Source: Escherichia phage FL04. From it: DNA of 64,000 nucleotides. Below are positions 42,162 to 51,237 of this stretch, in pieces. The notes beneath the pieces were generated by a model. That model was not told the origin of the DNA, ran no database searches, and was given only the letters and a program-made list of their open reading frames with translations. The translations under genes and the position numbers were made by a program. The stretch lies in sequence record PP358550, one strand, 5' to 3'. Each line of letters begins with the position of its first letter. The first letter of the stretch is position 1.

Positions 42162-44405
42162 ATGATTAAAAATGTTGTTAAGTCTTCCGGTCTGACTGTT
42201 CCGTTTGAAAAAGAAAAAGTAATGAAAATTCTGGAAGCGGCAGCCGAAGGTCATAACGTTGATCCATATGAATTGTTTGATATGGTTGAACCACTTCTGA
42301 CAGAAGGTATGTCTACCAATGATATCCAGAAAGTATTGATTAAGGTCGCAGCAGATAACATTACTGTCGAAACACCCGATTATCAATATGTAGCAAGTAA
42401 CCTTGCAATGTTCGCGCTTCGCAAATCAGTATACGGTCAATTCCAACCTATTGATTTTTATAGCCATATTGAGCGTAATATTGCAACCGGAAAATATGAT
42501 CGCGAAATTCTGCAAAAGTATTCCCGTGAAGAAGTGGAATATCTGGAGAAATTCATCGACCATAAACTTGATTTTAAAATGACCTATGCTGGTGCGATGC
42601 AGTTAAAAGAGAAATATCTTGTTCAGGATCGCAGCACTAAGAAAATCATCGAAACACCGCAATTTGCGTATATGCTGATCGGTATGTGCTTGCATCAAGA
42701 AGAGACCGAAAATCGACTTGAACATGTGATTGATTTTTATAATGCGGTTGCGAATAAGCAAATCTCTCTGCCTACTCCGATTATGGCAGGTGTGCGTACC
42801 CCAACACGCCAATTTAGTTCGTGTGTGGTGATCGAAAGTGATGACTCATTGCAGGGTATTAATGAAACCGCAAATGCAATCATTAAGTATATTAGCAAGC
42901 GTGCTGGTATCGGTATCAACGCTGGCATGATTCGCGCGGAAGGATCTAAGATCGGGCATGGTGAAGTTCGTCATACTGGCGTTATCCCATTCTGGAAACA
43001 TTTTCAGACTGCCGTTAAGTCATGCTCACAAGGCGGTATTCGTGGCGGGGCAGCGACACTCTATTACCCAATGTGGCATTTAGAGTTTGAAAGTCTGATT
43101 GTGTTAAAGAACAATAAGGGCGTGGAAGATAACCGCATTCGCCATCTTGACTACGGCGTACAGATTAATAACCTGATGGTAGAGCGATTCCTTAAACGGG
43201 ATTACATTACTCTGTTTAGTCCAGATGTTGCGGGTGGCTTGTTGTGGGATCTATACTTCCGAGATGAGGAAGGTTTCCGCCAACTTTACGAAAAACTGGA
43301 AAAAGATCCGAGTGTTCGTAAAACTCGTGTTAAAGCCGAAGACCTGTTTTTAGCGGTGGCAATTGAACGTTTTAACACTGGTCGAATCTACCCAACGTTC
43401 ACAGACAACATGAACAATCACGGGGCGTTTATTCGTAATGTAGCACCGATTAAACAATCTAACCTGTGTTGTGAAATTGCACTGCCTACTAAACCGATGG
43501 GTCGTGATGATTCAGAAATTAGCCTATGTACTTTGGCAGCATATGTTTTAGGTAATTTCGATATCGAAAATATGGAAGAAGTAGAACGCATTGCTATGGT
43601 TATGGTGCGTGCACTTGACAACCTGTTAGATTATCAGGATTATCCTGTAGAACAAGCTCTGACAGCCAAAAAACGTCGCTCTCTGGGTGTTGGTGTTACT
43701 AACTTTGCATCATATCTAGCAGATAATTTCTTCACATATGAAGACGCTAACGAGTTTACGCATAAAACGTTTGAACGCTTGCAATATGCTCTGATTAAGG
43801 CTAGTGTGCGACTGGCTAAAGAGAAGGGTGCTTGCGAACTGATGCACGAAACACGCTATGGTCGCGGTGAACTGCCTATCGACTGGTACAAAAAGACAGT
43901 AGATGAACTGGTTGATCCGGTGTATGAGATGGATTGGGAAGAACTGCGCGAAGACCTGAAAAAATATGGCATTCGTAACAGTACACTGTCGGCGCTGATG
44001 CCTTGTGAGTCGTCTTCTCAGGTATCTAACAGCACAAACGGTATTGAACCGCCTCGCGGGATTGTATCGGTTAAAGGATCGAAAGAAGGACAATTTAATC
44101 AGGTTATTCCGAACGTAGAGAATAATGCTGATGTTATTGACCTGCTTTGGACACTGATCAAGAAAGGTAACAAGCCTTATCTGACACTGGCAGCAATCAT
44201 GCAGAAGTTTGTGGATCAGGCGATTAGTTCCAATACATCCTATGATCCAAGCACTTATAAGACTGGTAAAGTCGATATTGCTGATGTATTAGATGATATG
44301 TTGTTTGCTCAATATTACGGTCTGAAAACCCTGTATTATGCGAACGTTCGCGACGGTGCAGATGGTACGGAAGACGCTAGCGAGTGCTCATCTTGCAAGC
44401 TGTAA
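42162..44405 (+). CDS. nrdA: ribonucleotide reductase large subunit (class Ia)
   Basis: 747 aa; N-terminal ATP-cone region, catalytic region with SNLCCEI, C-terminal CSSCKL redox pair. Confidence 0.92.
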   Translation: MIKNVVKSSGLTVPFEKEKVMKILEAAAEGHNVDPYELFDMVEPLLTEGMSTNDIQKVLIKVAADNITVETPDYQYVASNLAMFALRKSVYGQFQPIDFYSHIERNIATGKYDREILQKYSREEVEYLEKFIDHKLDFKMTYAGAMQLKEKYLVQDRSTKKIIETPQFAYMLIGMCLHQEETENRLEHVIDFYNAVANKQISLPTPIMAGVRTPTRQFSSCVVIESDDSLQGINETANAIIKYISKRAGIGINAGMIRAEGSKIGHGEVRHTGVIPFWKHFQTAVKSCSQGGIRGGAATLYYPMWHLEFESLIVLKNNKGVEDNRIRHLDYGVQINNLMVERFLKRDYITLFSPDVAGGLLWDLYFRDEEGFRQLYEKLEKDPSVRKTRVKAEDLFLAVAIERFNTGRIYPTFTDNMNNHGAFIRNVAPIKQSNLCCEIALPTKPMGRDDSEISLCTLAAYVLGNFDIENMEEVERIAMVMVRALDNLLDYQDYPVEQALTAKKRRSLGVGVTNFASYLADNFFTYEDANEFTHKTFERLQYALIKASVRLAKEKGACELMHETRYGRGELPIDWYKKTVDELVDPVYEMDWEELREDLKKYGIRNSTLSALMPCESSSQVSNSTNGIEPPRGIVSVKGSKEGQFNQVIPNVENNADVIDLLWTLIKKGNKPYLTLAAIMQKFVDQAISSNTSYDPSTYKTGKVDIADVLDDMLFAQYYGLKTLYYANVRDGADGTEDASECSSCKL

Positions 44406-44413
44406 AATAAGTG

Positions 44414-44442
44414 TTGACGCGGGGAGAAATCCCCGCTATAAT
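44414..44442 (+). promoter_or_regulatory. PeSL-type early promoter with hairpin spacer
   Basis: TTGACG-GCGGGGA-GAAA-TCCCCGC-TATAAT. Confidence 0.65.
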
Positions 44443-44473
44443 ACAACCATCAAAAACAAGTGAGGATTTTATT

Positions 44474-44642
44474 ATGACCAAATTAAAATGTGTTGCTGTA
44501 GATTTTTGAACTAGCTGATAGCTTTGTTGTTGGTGATGAATATGATGCTCGACATGATGGGACTTGCTACTACGTCGAGGATGAATATGGTGTAGAATGG
44601 GCGATTCTTCCTGATGATAAATGTTTTGAGGTTGTCGGATAA
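44474..44642 (+). pseudogene. small ORF disrupted by +1 frameshift at a T5 run (or programmed frameshift / sequence error)
   Basis: MTKLKCVAVDF-stop at 44507; continuing in +1 frame from 44508 gives ELADSFVVGDEYDARHDGTCYYVEDEYGVEWAILPDDKCFEVVG; joined product resembles paralogs at 17666 and 47020. Confidence 0.45.
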
Positions 44643-44815
44643 TGGCTACTGTATGGTTATTGATTGCAATCAGCAATTCAATGTATAATTACGGAAATAT
44701 GTCAAGCATTGAATTTGCAACAAAGCAGGATTGCGTTAAAGCTCGCGAGATTATCCGCGAAGACAATAAACGATTTATGAATCTATATTGCGTTGAAAAA
44801 CAAAAGGTGAACTAA
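44642..44815 (+). CDS. hypothetical small protein (57 aa), tandem paralog A
   Basis: MATVWLLIAISNS... ; ATG overlaps upstream stop; not in track. Confidence 0.45.
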   Translation: MATVWLLIAISNSMYNYGNMSSIEFATKQDCVKAREIIREDNKRFMNLYCVEKQKVN

Positions 44816-44982
44816 TGGCTACATTATGGTTATTGCTTTCCGTTAGCGTAGGAGTATATAATAAAGGAACTGTTACCAGCGTAGAGTTTTCATCATATCA
44901 AAATTGTTTTGAAGCTGTGCAGGAATTGCAGCAGGATAGCGAAATAAACAGAAATACTAAGTTCTTTTGTGTTAAAAAGTGA
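44815..44982 (+). CDS. hypothetical small protein (55 aa), tandem paralog B
   Basis: MATLWLLLSVSVG... similar to preceding ORF throughout; not in track. Confidence 0.45.
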   Translation: MATLWLLLSVSVGVYNKGTVTSVEFSSYQNCFEAVQELQQDSEINRNTKFFCVKK

Positions 44983-44997
44983 TAGTGAGGTGAATTA

Positions 44998-46158
44998 ATG
45001 AGCGTATTTAACCGCGAACATGTTGATATTATGAACGAACCGATGTTTCTGGGTAGTGGGTTGGGTATCGCTCGCTATGATATTCAGCGTCATCAAGTAT
45101 TTGAAGAACTGATCGAAAAGCAATTGTCATTTTTCTGGCGTCCAGAAGAAATTTCACTTGCAACCGACCGCATTCAATATCTTAATATGGGTGACGTTGA
45201 AAAGCGTTTCTTTACTGAAAACTTGAAGTATCAGACATTACTTGATTCTATTCAAGGTCGCGCACCGTCCGCAGCATTTGGTCCAATTGTATCTGATCCA
45301 ACTCTCGATACATGGTTGCAAACATGGACATTCAGCGAAACGATTCATAGCCGAAGCTATACACACATTATGCGTAACTGTTTCATTGATCCGGCTAGTG
45401 AGTTCGACCAGATCATCGATAACCCTGCTATCATGAAGCGAGCGGAATCTATCGGGAAATATTATGATGATGTTCTTTATTGGATTCGTAAGTATGAGAA
45501 TGCAAAAGAAGATCTCCGCTATTGGGAAGAACGAGACGACCAGACAGCATTAGATGATGCAAGAAGATTTTTTGAAGATACAAAACGAGATCTGATGGCT
45601 TCGATTTATCTGTGTGCACACTGCGTAAATGCACTGGAAGCAATCCGTTTTTATGTGTCCTTTGCATGTACTTTCAGCTTTGCCGAACGTGGTTTACTGG
45701 AAGGTAACGCGAAGATCATGAAATTTATTGCGCGTGATGAACAACTTCACTTAAAAGGAACACAATACATTATTCGTCAATGGCAAACGGGGGTTGATGG
45801 TGATGAGTGGAAACAGATTGCGGAAGAACTTGAAGGCGAAGCAACGAAAATCTTTCTGGATGTTGTCGAGCAAGAAAAAGAATGGGTAGACCACCTATTC
45901 GCAATGGGGGCAATTCCTAACCTGTCACCGGAAATTCTGAAAACCTATGTAGAATACCTGGCAGATTCCCGTATGCGTGCTGCCGGACTGAAAAGCCCGT
46001 TTAGTGTTCGTCGTCATCCGTTACCGTGGATGCGTAAATGGTTGAACTCTGACGAAGTACAGAATGCAGCGCAGGAAGTAGAGATTATGTATCTGGTATC
46101 TCAGGTTAATACCGATTTAACAGATGACGACTACAACCGATTCGGGAAATATCTATGA
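44998..46158 (+). CDS. nrdB: ribonucleotide reductase small subunit (class Ia), uninterrupted
   Basis: 386 aa; di-iron ligand region (SETIHSRSYTHI, EAIRFYVSFA, LHLKGTQYI); no intron-like interruption. Confidence 0.92.
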   Translation: MSVFNREHVDIMNEPMFLGSGLGIARYDIQRHQVFEELIEKQLSFFWRPEEISLATDRIQYLNMGDVEKRFFTENLKYQTLLDSIQGRAPSAAFGPIVSDPTLDTWLQTWTFSETIHSRSYTHIMRNCFIDPASEFDQIIDNPAIMKRAESIGKYYDDVLYWIRKYENAKEDLRYWEERDDQTALDDARRFFEDTKRDLMASIYLCAHCVNALEAIRFYVSFACTFSFAERGLLEGNAKIMKFIARDEQLHLKGTQYIIRQWQTGVDGDEWKQIAEELEGEATKIFLDVVEQEKEWVDHLFAMGAIPNLSPEILKTYVEYLADSRMRAAGLKSPFSVRRHPLPWMRKWLNSDEVQNAAQEVEIMYLVSQVNTDLTDDDYNRFGKYL

Positions 46159-46631
46159 TATATTTTGTCGATTTAGATTTTACGATCACAGATCCAACAC
46201 ATCGACTAGCAAAGATGCCAACCGAAAATCTTGATAAAGTCGAGTCATGGATCGAATATAACAAAGCATGTGGGGGAGATTCCCCCATTTACGATGTAAT
46301 TCGTGTTATTAATGCTCTTTCCGACAACGGGCATTTGATTTACATCCTCACCGGACGAAGTTCACATGCTTACATGGAAACAATTGATTGGTTAATTTCT
46401 AACGGGGTGTGTTTTGATAAAATCTTTATGAGAGGCCGTACCGATTCCCGTAAAGATTATCACATCAAATTAGAGGTAATTAAATCCTTTGATAAAGATG
46501 AAGTTGTCGGAGTCTTTGAGGATAACCCAGAAGTGATTAAAGTTTTGCGTGAAAATGGTTATCGTGTCTTTGACGTAGGAAATCACAAAGATAAGACGCG
46601 AGCGGATATTGCAAATCACGGTCATGATTAA
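46155..46631 (+). CDS. HAD-superfamily phosphatase-like protein
   Basis: 158 aa; N-terminal DLDFT (DxDxT-like motif I), later ILTGRS, GVFEDNP; start overlaps nrdB stop. Confidence 0.5.
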   Translation: MIYFVDLDFTITDPTHRLAKMPTENLDKVESWIEYNKACGGDSPIYDVIRVINALSDNGHLIYILTGRSSHAYMETIDWLISNGVCFDKIFMRGRTDSRKDYHIKLEVIKSFDKDEVVGVFEDNPEVIKVLRENGYRVFDVGNHKDKTRADIANHGHD

Positions 46632-46643
46632 TGTTTGTTCAAA

Positions 46644-46667
46644 GTCGCCCATAGTGGCGACTTTTTT
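46644..46667 (+). terminator. rho-independent terminator
   Basis: GTCGCC-CATAGT-GGCGAC hairpin plus TTTTTT. Confidence 0.7.
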
Positions 46668-46678
46668 GTTATTGGGTG

Positions 46679-46707
46679 TTGACAATCTGATCTTGCCATA
46701 GCATAAT
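46679..46707 (+). promoter_or_regulatory. sigma70-type early promoter
   Basis: TTGACA-17-CATAAT followed by ACGCACATCGAAACGGAGGA. Confidence 0.6.
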
Positions 46708-46731
46708 ACGCACATCGAAACGGAGGAACAT

Positions 46732-46950
46732 ATGGAAACAGAAGAACAAGTCATTGCACATTTTCATCGTAAAAAGATGAAACTTAGAATTGAAAAGCAG
46801 TACATCAATCACTACATTGACCGAGTTCACTTAACAAGTACACCTTACCTATTCCGGTTGATAAACCCTAGAAAACGGTGGGAGAAGTTGGATAGAAACA
46901 CAAAAATAATTGATAAGCTCACCCAGTGGTGGAATGAATACAACAAGTAA
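46732..46950 (+). CDS. hypothetical protein (72 aa)
   Basis: GGAGGA RBS. Confidence 0.55.
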   Translation: METEEQVIAHFHRKKMKLRIEKQYINHYIDRVHLTSTPYLFRLINPRKRWEKLDRNTKIIDKLTQWWNEYNK

Positions 46951-46957
46951 AAAGTAG

Positions 46958-46992
46958 TTGACACTGAATAACGGGGGTAGTAAGATACTCCC
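46958..46992 (+). promoter_or_regulatory. PeSL-type early promoter
   Basis: TTGACA-17-TAAGAT with GGGGGTA/TACTCCC hairpin. Confidence 0.65.
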
Positions 46993-47019
46993 ATCGAAAC
47001 GAAACAAAGGAGAATCAAA

Positions 47020-47238
47020 ATGAAATTTACTTGCACCGACTCTATCAGCAAACACTTTGTAGTAGGCGAAGTATACGAATCTACTACCATTCGCCAGCGT
47101 GACCTGATGGGTCGCCTTTACAATCAGCCAGTATTCATTATTGGCGAAGAATTGTTCTACATTGAAAACCGTCCGTGGGTTGCTTTCAATAAACGAGGAC
47201 GCAAGGTAGCAAAATTCGAACTTGTCATTAAAAAGTAG
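47020..47238 (+). CDS. hypothetical small protein (72 aa), paralog of 17666..17872
   Basis: MKFTC...FVVGEVYE...VAKFELVIKK. Confidence 0.6.
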   Translation: MKFTCTDSISKHFVVGEVYESTTIRQRDLMGRLYNQPVFIIGEELFYIENRPWVAFNKRGRKVAKFELVIKK

Positions 47239-47273
47239 TTGACAGCATGAAACGGGGGTAGTAATATACCCCC
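47239..47273 (+). promoter_or_regulatory. PeSL-type early promoter
   Basis: TTGACA-17-TAATAT with GGGGGTA/TACCCCC hairpin. Confidence 0.65.
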
Positions 47274-47296
47274 ATCGAAACGAAATACACTTTAAG

Positions 47297-47455
47297 GAGA
47301 ATCAAATGAACAACTTTGACGCGGTACTGAAAATGGCAATCGAAACTTACGCGGAGATCTCCGGCGAGAAAGTAGAGGACATTATCAAAGAATGTCAGAA
47401 CTTTGAAAGCCAGACAGCCAAGAATGTTCAAATGTTGATGTTTGCGGTTGCATAA
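47297..47455 (+). CDS. hypothetical small protein (52 aa)
   Basis: AAGGAGAATCAAATG; not in track. Confidence 0.45.
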   Translation, partial: ENQMNNFDAVLKMAIETYAEISGEKVEDIIKECQNFESQTAKNVQMLMFAVA

Positions 47456-47464
47456 AAAAAGCAG

Positions 47465-47499
47465 TTGACAGCATATCACGGGAGTAGTAAGATACTCCC
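47465..47499 (+). promoter_or_regulatory. PeSL-type early promoter
   Basis: TTGACA-17-TAAGAT with GGGAGTA/TACTCCC hairpin. Confidence 0.65.
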
Positions 47500-47526
47500 A
47501 TACCAAAACAACTAAGGAGTATCAAG

Positions 47527-47925
47527 ATGATTAAATTTCAAACTCGCAAAGACGTTCTGGACTTCGTTAAAGTTTTCGGTTACGCTGCATTGCAACATGC
47601 AATGGACAAAATGACCATCTCCCCAGATCAGACTATGCTGATCCGTATGGTTAAAGCAACCGCCTACAAAAACGACATTACCCTCTCAGAAATCAACGAC
47701 GGTAATACTGTTCGCGAGGTAATTGTTTCTTTCGAATCACCGAAAATTGGCGGTTTTCATACCACGATGTTAGGTGAAATCACTGTCACTGTATACGGGC
47801 AAGGTGGCGGAGTGTTTACCGTCAAAGAAGCAATGGAAAATGGAACGCTGAACAAAGAAAAACTGGAATTTGTCCTGAAAATCATCAAGGAGCGTAACGA
47901 AGCTCGCGATATTCTGGAAAGTTAA
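47527..47925 (+). CDS. hypothetical protein (132 aa)
   Basis: AAGGAGTATCAAGATG. Confidence 0.6.
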   Translation: MIKFQTRKDVLDFVKVFGYAALQHAMDKMTISPDQTMLIRMVKATAYKNDITLSEINDGNTVREVIVSFESPKIGGFHTTMLGEITVTVYGQGGGVFTVKEAMENGTLNKEKLEFVLKIIKERNEARDILES

Positions 47926-47932
47926 TAAGGTG

Positions 47933-47957
47933 GGCGGGAGAAATCCCGCCTTTGTTG
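47933..47957 (+). terminator. rho-independent terminator
   Basis: GGCGGGA-GAAA-TCCCGCC hairpin plus TTTGTTG. Confidence 0.6.
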
Positions 47958-47975
47958 TGACGTGAGGAAAGGATA

Positions 47976-48437
47976 ATGATTAATGAGCTAATAGAAAACT
48001 ATGGATTCGTTAAATATTCATGTTTAGAGTGTAAAGATGGTGATGTGATTCTGCCGCCTCAGAAGAACCGTTTAAATGTTCTTTACGCTATTGTTGTTGA
48101 TGATGAACTGGTATACATTGGTCAGACTGTCAATCTCAGAAAGCGGATCAATTATTACCGGACTAGCATTAACAGACAAACACCAACAGCGGATACTCGC
48201 AAGAGTAAGAATATTCATAAGGCGCTAGAGGAAGGTAAGACAGTAACATTCTATTACCGACAGTGCTTTGAGTTGTACATCGAGAATCCAACGGGTAAGG
48301 ATATTATAAGCACTGCCGATATCGAAGAACCTGTTTTGATCACCAAATTTAAACCAGAATGGAACACAAATTATGTCAACAAAAGAAAACAACAAAAAAG
48401 TTTTAGCATTGTTCAAAAATCTGATGACACTATGTGA
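47976..48437 (+). CDS. GIY-YIG-like endonuclease domain protein
   Basis: 153 aa; NVLYAIVVDDELVYIGQTVNLRKRINYY resembles GIY-(N10)-YIG...R motif; 3-prime end overlaps rnlA. Confidence 0.55.
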   Translation: MINELIENYGFVKYSCLECKDGDVILPPQKNRLNVLYAIVVDDELVYIGQTVNLRKRINYYRTSINRQTPTADTRKSKNIHKALEEGKTVTFYYRQCFELYIENPTGKDIISTADIEEPVLITKFKPEWNTNYVNKRKQQKSFSIVQKSDDTM

Positions 48438-49542
48438 CGGATCTGATACGTTCTATTACAAAGATGAAATTACGGCGATGCAAACCCGTATGCGCATTTT
48501 TAGTTATCTGTACTTGAGCAAACCGGAAATGTGGAATAAACCAGATGCGTTAGAGTGTCGCGGGATCATGTTTGAAATTGACGATAAAGGTCGTCCGGTC
48601 CGCATCGCATCTCGTCCTATGGAGAAGTTTTTTAATTTGGGTGAGAATGATCGCGCTCGCTTTAAGCCGGAAGATGTGGAAATGGTCATGGACAAAATGG
48701 ACGGTAGTCTAGTAAGCACATACATTGATAACGGCTATGTTCAGTTGAAGTCTAAAGCGGCCTTGTACTCAAGCCAGGCAGAGAGAGCAAACGGTCTTCT
48801 GTATTCAGAGAAGTATGCGGATCTACGCGCTAAGATTGCTGATATTGGGTCTGATTATACTTTCAACTTTGAATATACAGCGCCCAGCAACCGAATTGTT
48901 GTAGAATATTCTGAACCGTCGCTAACACTTCTGAATGTACGCCATAACGTCACAGGAGAGTACGTACCGCATCAAATGCTATTTTCTGACGCAATCCTAC
49001 GTCCTCATCTGGTAAATGCGTTACAGGTTGATTCAGCGCGTTTTAGCAATATTCTTGATGAAGTTCGGACCGCAGAAGGTATCGAAGGAATTGTTGCACG
49101 CACTAAAGACGGTCAAATGTTCAAAGTGAAGAGTGAATGGTATATTGGTGTGCATAACATTAAAAACACATCGATGTTTCCTAATAACCTGATCTACTAT
49201 GTCGTAGAAAGCGAAACCGATGATTTGCGTGCTGCATATGAAGGCGAACCGGAAGCACTGGAACGAATCGAGCTATTCGAGGAAGCATTCAGGTCTATTC
49301 TTCGCAATGCCTTCACGACAGCAACAGAATTTTATAACGCACACGCGGGAGAAGACAGAAAGACATATGCATCAAATGCGACTATCGAATCACGTAAACA
49401 TGGTGATGCACAAGCATATATTTTCATGTGTCTGATGATTGCATTTGATGGTCTTGATTATGACCGTATTCTGGATTCAATGAAAACTTACTATCTACGG
49501 AATTATAAGAAACTTATTCCGGCTGATAAGATTGATTGGTAA
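48373..49542 (+). CDS. rnlA: RNA ligase 1
   Basis: 389 aa; conserved blocks ALECRGIMFE, PVRIASRPMEKFFNL, active-site DKMDGSLVSTY, NFE.TAP.NRIV, LLNVR.N.TGEY, KDRKTYA, FLKNYKKFIP-like C-terminus, matching T4 Rnl1. Confidence 0.92.
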   Translation: MSTKENNKKVLALFKNLMTLCDGSDTFYYKDEITAMQTRMRIFSYLYLSKPEMWNKPDALECRGIMFEIDDKGRPVRIASRPMEKFFNLGENDRARFKPEDVEMVMDKMDGSLVSTYIDNGYVQLKSKAALYSSQAERANGLLYSEKYADLRAKIADIGSDYTFNFEYTAPSNRIVVEYSEPSLTLLNVRHNVTGEYVPHQMLFSDAILRPHLVNALQVDSARFSNILDEVRTAEGIEGIVARTKDGQMFKVKSEWYIGVHNIKNTSMFPNNLIYYVVESETDDLRAAYEGEPEALERIELFEEAFRSILRNAFTTATEFYNAHAGEDRKTYASNATIESRKHGDAQAYIFMCLMIAFDGLDYDRILDSMKTYYLRNYKKLIPADKIDW

Positions 49543-49548
49543 TAATAA

Positions 49549-49572
49549 GCGGGGCTAGTTCCCCGCCTTTTG
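49549..49572 (+). terminator. rho-independent terminator
   Basis: GCGGGG-CTAGTT-CCCCGC hairpin plus CTTTTGT. Confidence 0.6.
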
Positions 49573-49586
49573 TCGTTGGGGGTAAT

Positions 49587-49910
49587 ATGTCAAAGCTGAT
49601 ATACATTGTTATCATCTCTGTGTTGCTAGGGGTAGGTGGTAATATGTGGTGGGAAAATAAAAAGGAGGTAGATCGACTGAATCAGGAATTTACAGAGTAT
49701 AAGAAAAAGACAGATGAAAAGATGAAGGTCGTAGACTCACTACAAAAGGAGATGTACGGAATAAGAACTAAGTTTGCAGAAGAACAAAACAAAGCAATGA
49801 AAGACGCTACACGAGGCTATGTAGTAGCACAAAAACCAAAGTTGGTAGAGAAACAGCTTAATGATTCATTTAAGGAGTTTACCGAAGAATTAAAGGAGGC
49901 TACTAAATGA
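49587..49910 (+). CDS. putative i-spanin (membrane-anchored coiled-coil protein)
   Basis: 107 aa; N-terminal TM (LIYIVIISVLLGVGG), charged helical remainder; position upstream of pseT as for T4 spanins. Confidence 0.5.
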   Translation: MSKLIYIVIISVLLGVGGNMWWENKKEVDRLNQEFTEYKKKTDEKMKVVDSLQKEMYGIRTKFAEEQNKAMKDATRGYVVAQKPKLVEKQLNDSFKEFTEELKEATK

Positions 49911-50026
49911 GCATAGAAATATTGCCTACACAAGAGCAGATAAGCAATTTTAATCTGGTTGATTATCTGTGGATAGGTGCAAGCATTATTATCCTGATGG
50001 TGTTTTCAATTTTCGTGATACACTGG

Positions 50027-50359
50027 ATGTTTAAGAAAGCACATAAGAATTTTCAGACCTCCATAATCCATGTCTTCGCTTTGCCTATTGTATTTGCGCT
50101 TTCTTCGTGTACAATGGACCATTATTCACAGGAACCGAAATTACATCCTCCACTACCAGCACCAATAGAAAAAGTTGACATTGACCTGAAAGTGGATACA
50201 ATAGACGGTAAACCTAGAGTTTCTATGTCGTGGGAGGACTCCCAAAAATTCAGAGTCTGGCTTGCGGATATTAAGAGATATACACTTGAAAGTAAGTTGA
50301 TCATGTGTTATTATCGAAAAGAACTTAATGAGGAACGGTGCAAACCGAAGGAGAAATAA
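50027..50359 (+). CDS. putative o-spanin (lipoprotein); alternative upstream start at 49907
   Basis: Signal peptide with lipobox ALSSC, Pro-rich mature region (PKLHPPLPAPIEK); start overlaps i-spanin frame. Confidence 0.45.
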   Translation: MFKKAHKNFQTSIIHVFALPIVFALSSCTMDHYSQEPKLHPPLPAPIEKVDIDLKVDTIDGKPRVSMSWEDSQKFRVWLADIKRYTLESKLIMCYYRKELNEERCKPKEK

Positions 50360-51237
50360 TGCCGAAATGTGAAGTGATTTTAACCGTTGGTTGTTCTGGG
50401 TCCGGTAAAACTACATGGGCGATGGAAACATGTAAACGGTTTAGTAATTATCGTAATGTGAATCGTGATGATCTTCGTCTTATGTTGTTTGGTGTTGACT
50501 CACATTTGAAATACAAGTATACTAAGGAAAAAGAAAAGCTGGTAGAGTCTATTCAGAGAATGATTGCTCGTGAGACTCTATCACGCGGATTGAGTATCAT
50601 TATCTCCGATACCAACCTGAAAGAAAAACATCGTGTATTCTACAAAGAACTTGCAAAAGAATTTAACGCGGTGTATACTGAACAAGTGTTCAATGAATCA
50701 TTTGAGACACTAAAGAAACGTAATTTATATCGCGGTGAGAAAGCAATTCCACTTTCTCATTTGCGCAACCAATTTTATCTGATGCAGGAATATATGGGTC
50801 AAGAAGTATACAAACCGAATACCATGCTGCCAAAGGCAGTGATCTTTGATATTGATGGGACATTAGCGGATAAGGGCGGTCGTCATCCGTTTGACTGGAC
50901 AAAGGTCAAAGAAGATAAACCTCGTCCGCAAGTGGTCGAAATGCTTAAACTGTATCGTGATAATGGTTATCGTATCATTACATGCTCAGGGCGTGAGGAT
51001 GTTTGCGAAGAAGATACTCTGCAATGGTTGCGTGAACAGGGTATTGAACCGAGTGATCACTTTCAACGTGAAACTAATGATCGTCGTCCTGATCATGAAG
51101 TGAAGAAAGAGATCTTCTTCTCTGAAATTGCACCGCGTTATCATGTTGTTTTGGCGGTAGATGACCGTGATCAAGTGGTTGACATGTACCGCTCAATTGG
51201 TGTAGAATGTTTTCAGGTTAACTACGGAGAATTTTAA
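50359..51237 (+). CDS. pseT: polynucleotide 5-prime kinase / 3-prime phosphatase
   Basis: Walker A GCSGSGKTTWA, NRDD.R, IISDTNL, phosphatase DIDGTLA, SGRE, KEEIF, AVDDRDQVVDMYRSIGVEC.QV matching T4 Pnk. Confidence 0.92.
   Translation: MPKCEVILTVGCSGSGKTTWAMETCKRFSNYRNVNRDDLRLMLFGVDSHLKYKYTKEKEKLVESIQRMIARETLSRGLSIIISDTNLKEKHRVFYKELAKEFNAVYTEQVFNESFETLKKRNLYRGEKAIPLSHLRNQFYLMQEYMGQEVYKPNTMLPKAVIFDIDGTLADKGGRHPFDWTKVKEDKPRPQVVEMLKLYRDNGYRIITCSGREDVCEEDTLQWLREQGIEPSDHFQRETNDRRPDHEVKKEIFFSEIAPRYHVVLAVDDRDQVVDMYRSIGVECFQVNYGEF
51179..51208 (+). promoter_or_regulatory. internal promoter-like element at the 3-prime end of pseT
   Basis: TTGACA-18-TAGAAT. Confidence 0.3.

Noticed and set aside
49907-50026. 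Full 150-aa ORF as a single protein
   Set aside because: An internal ATG at 50027 gives a canonical lipoprotein signal peptide with lipobox, a better fit to an o-spanin; the upstream extension is kept only as an alternative start.
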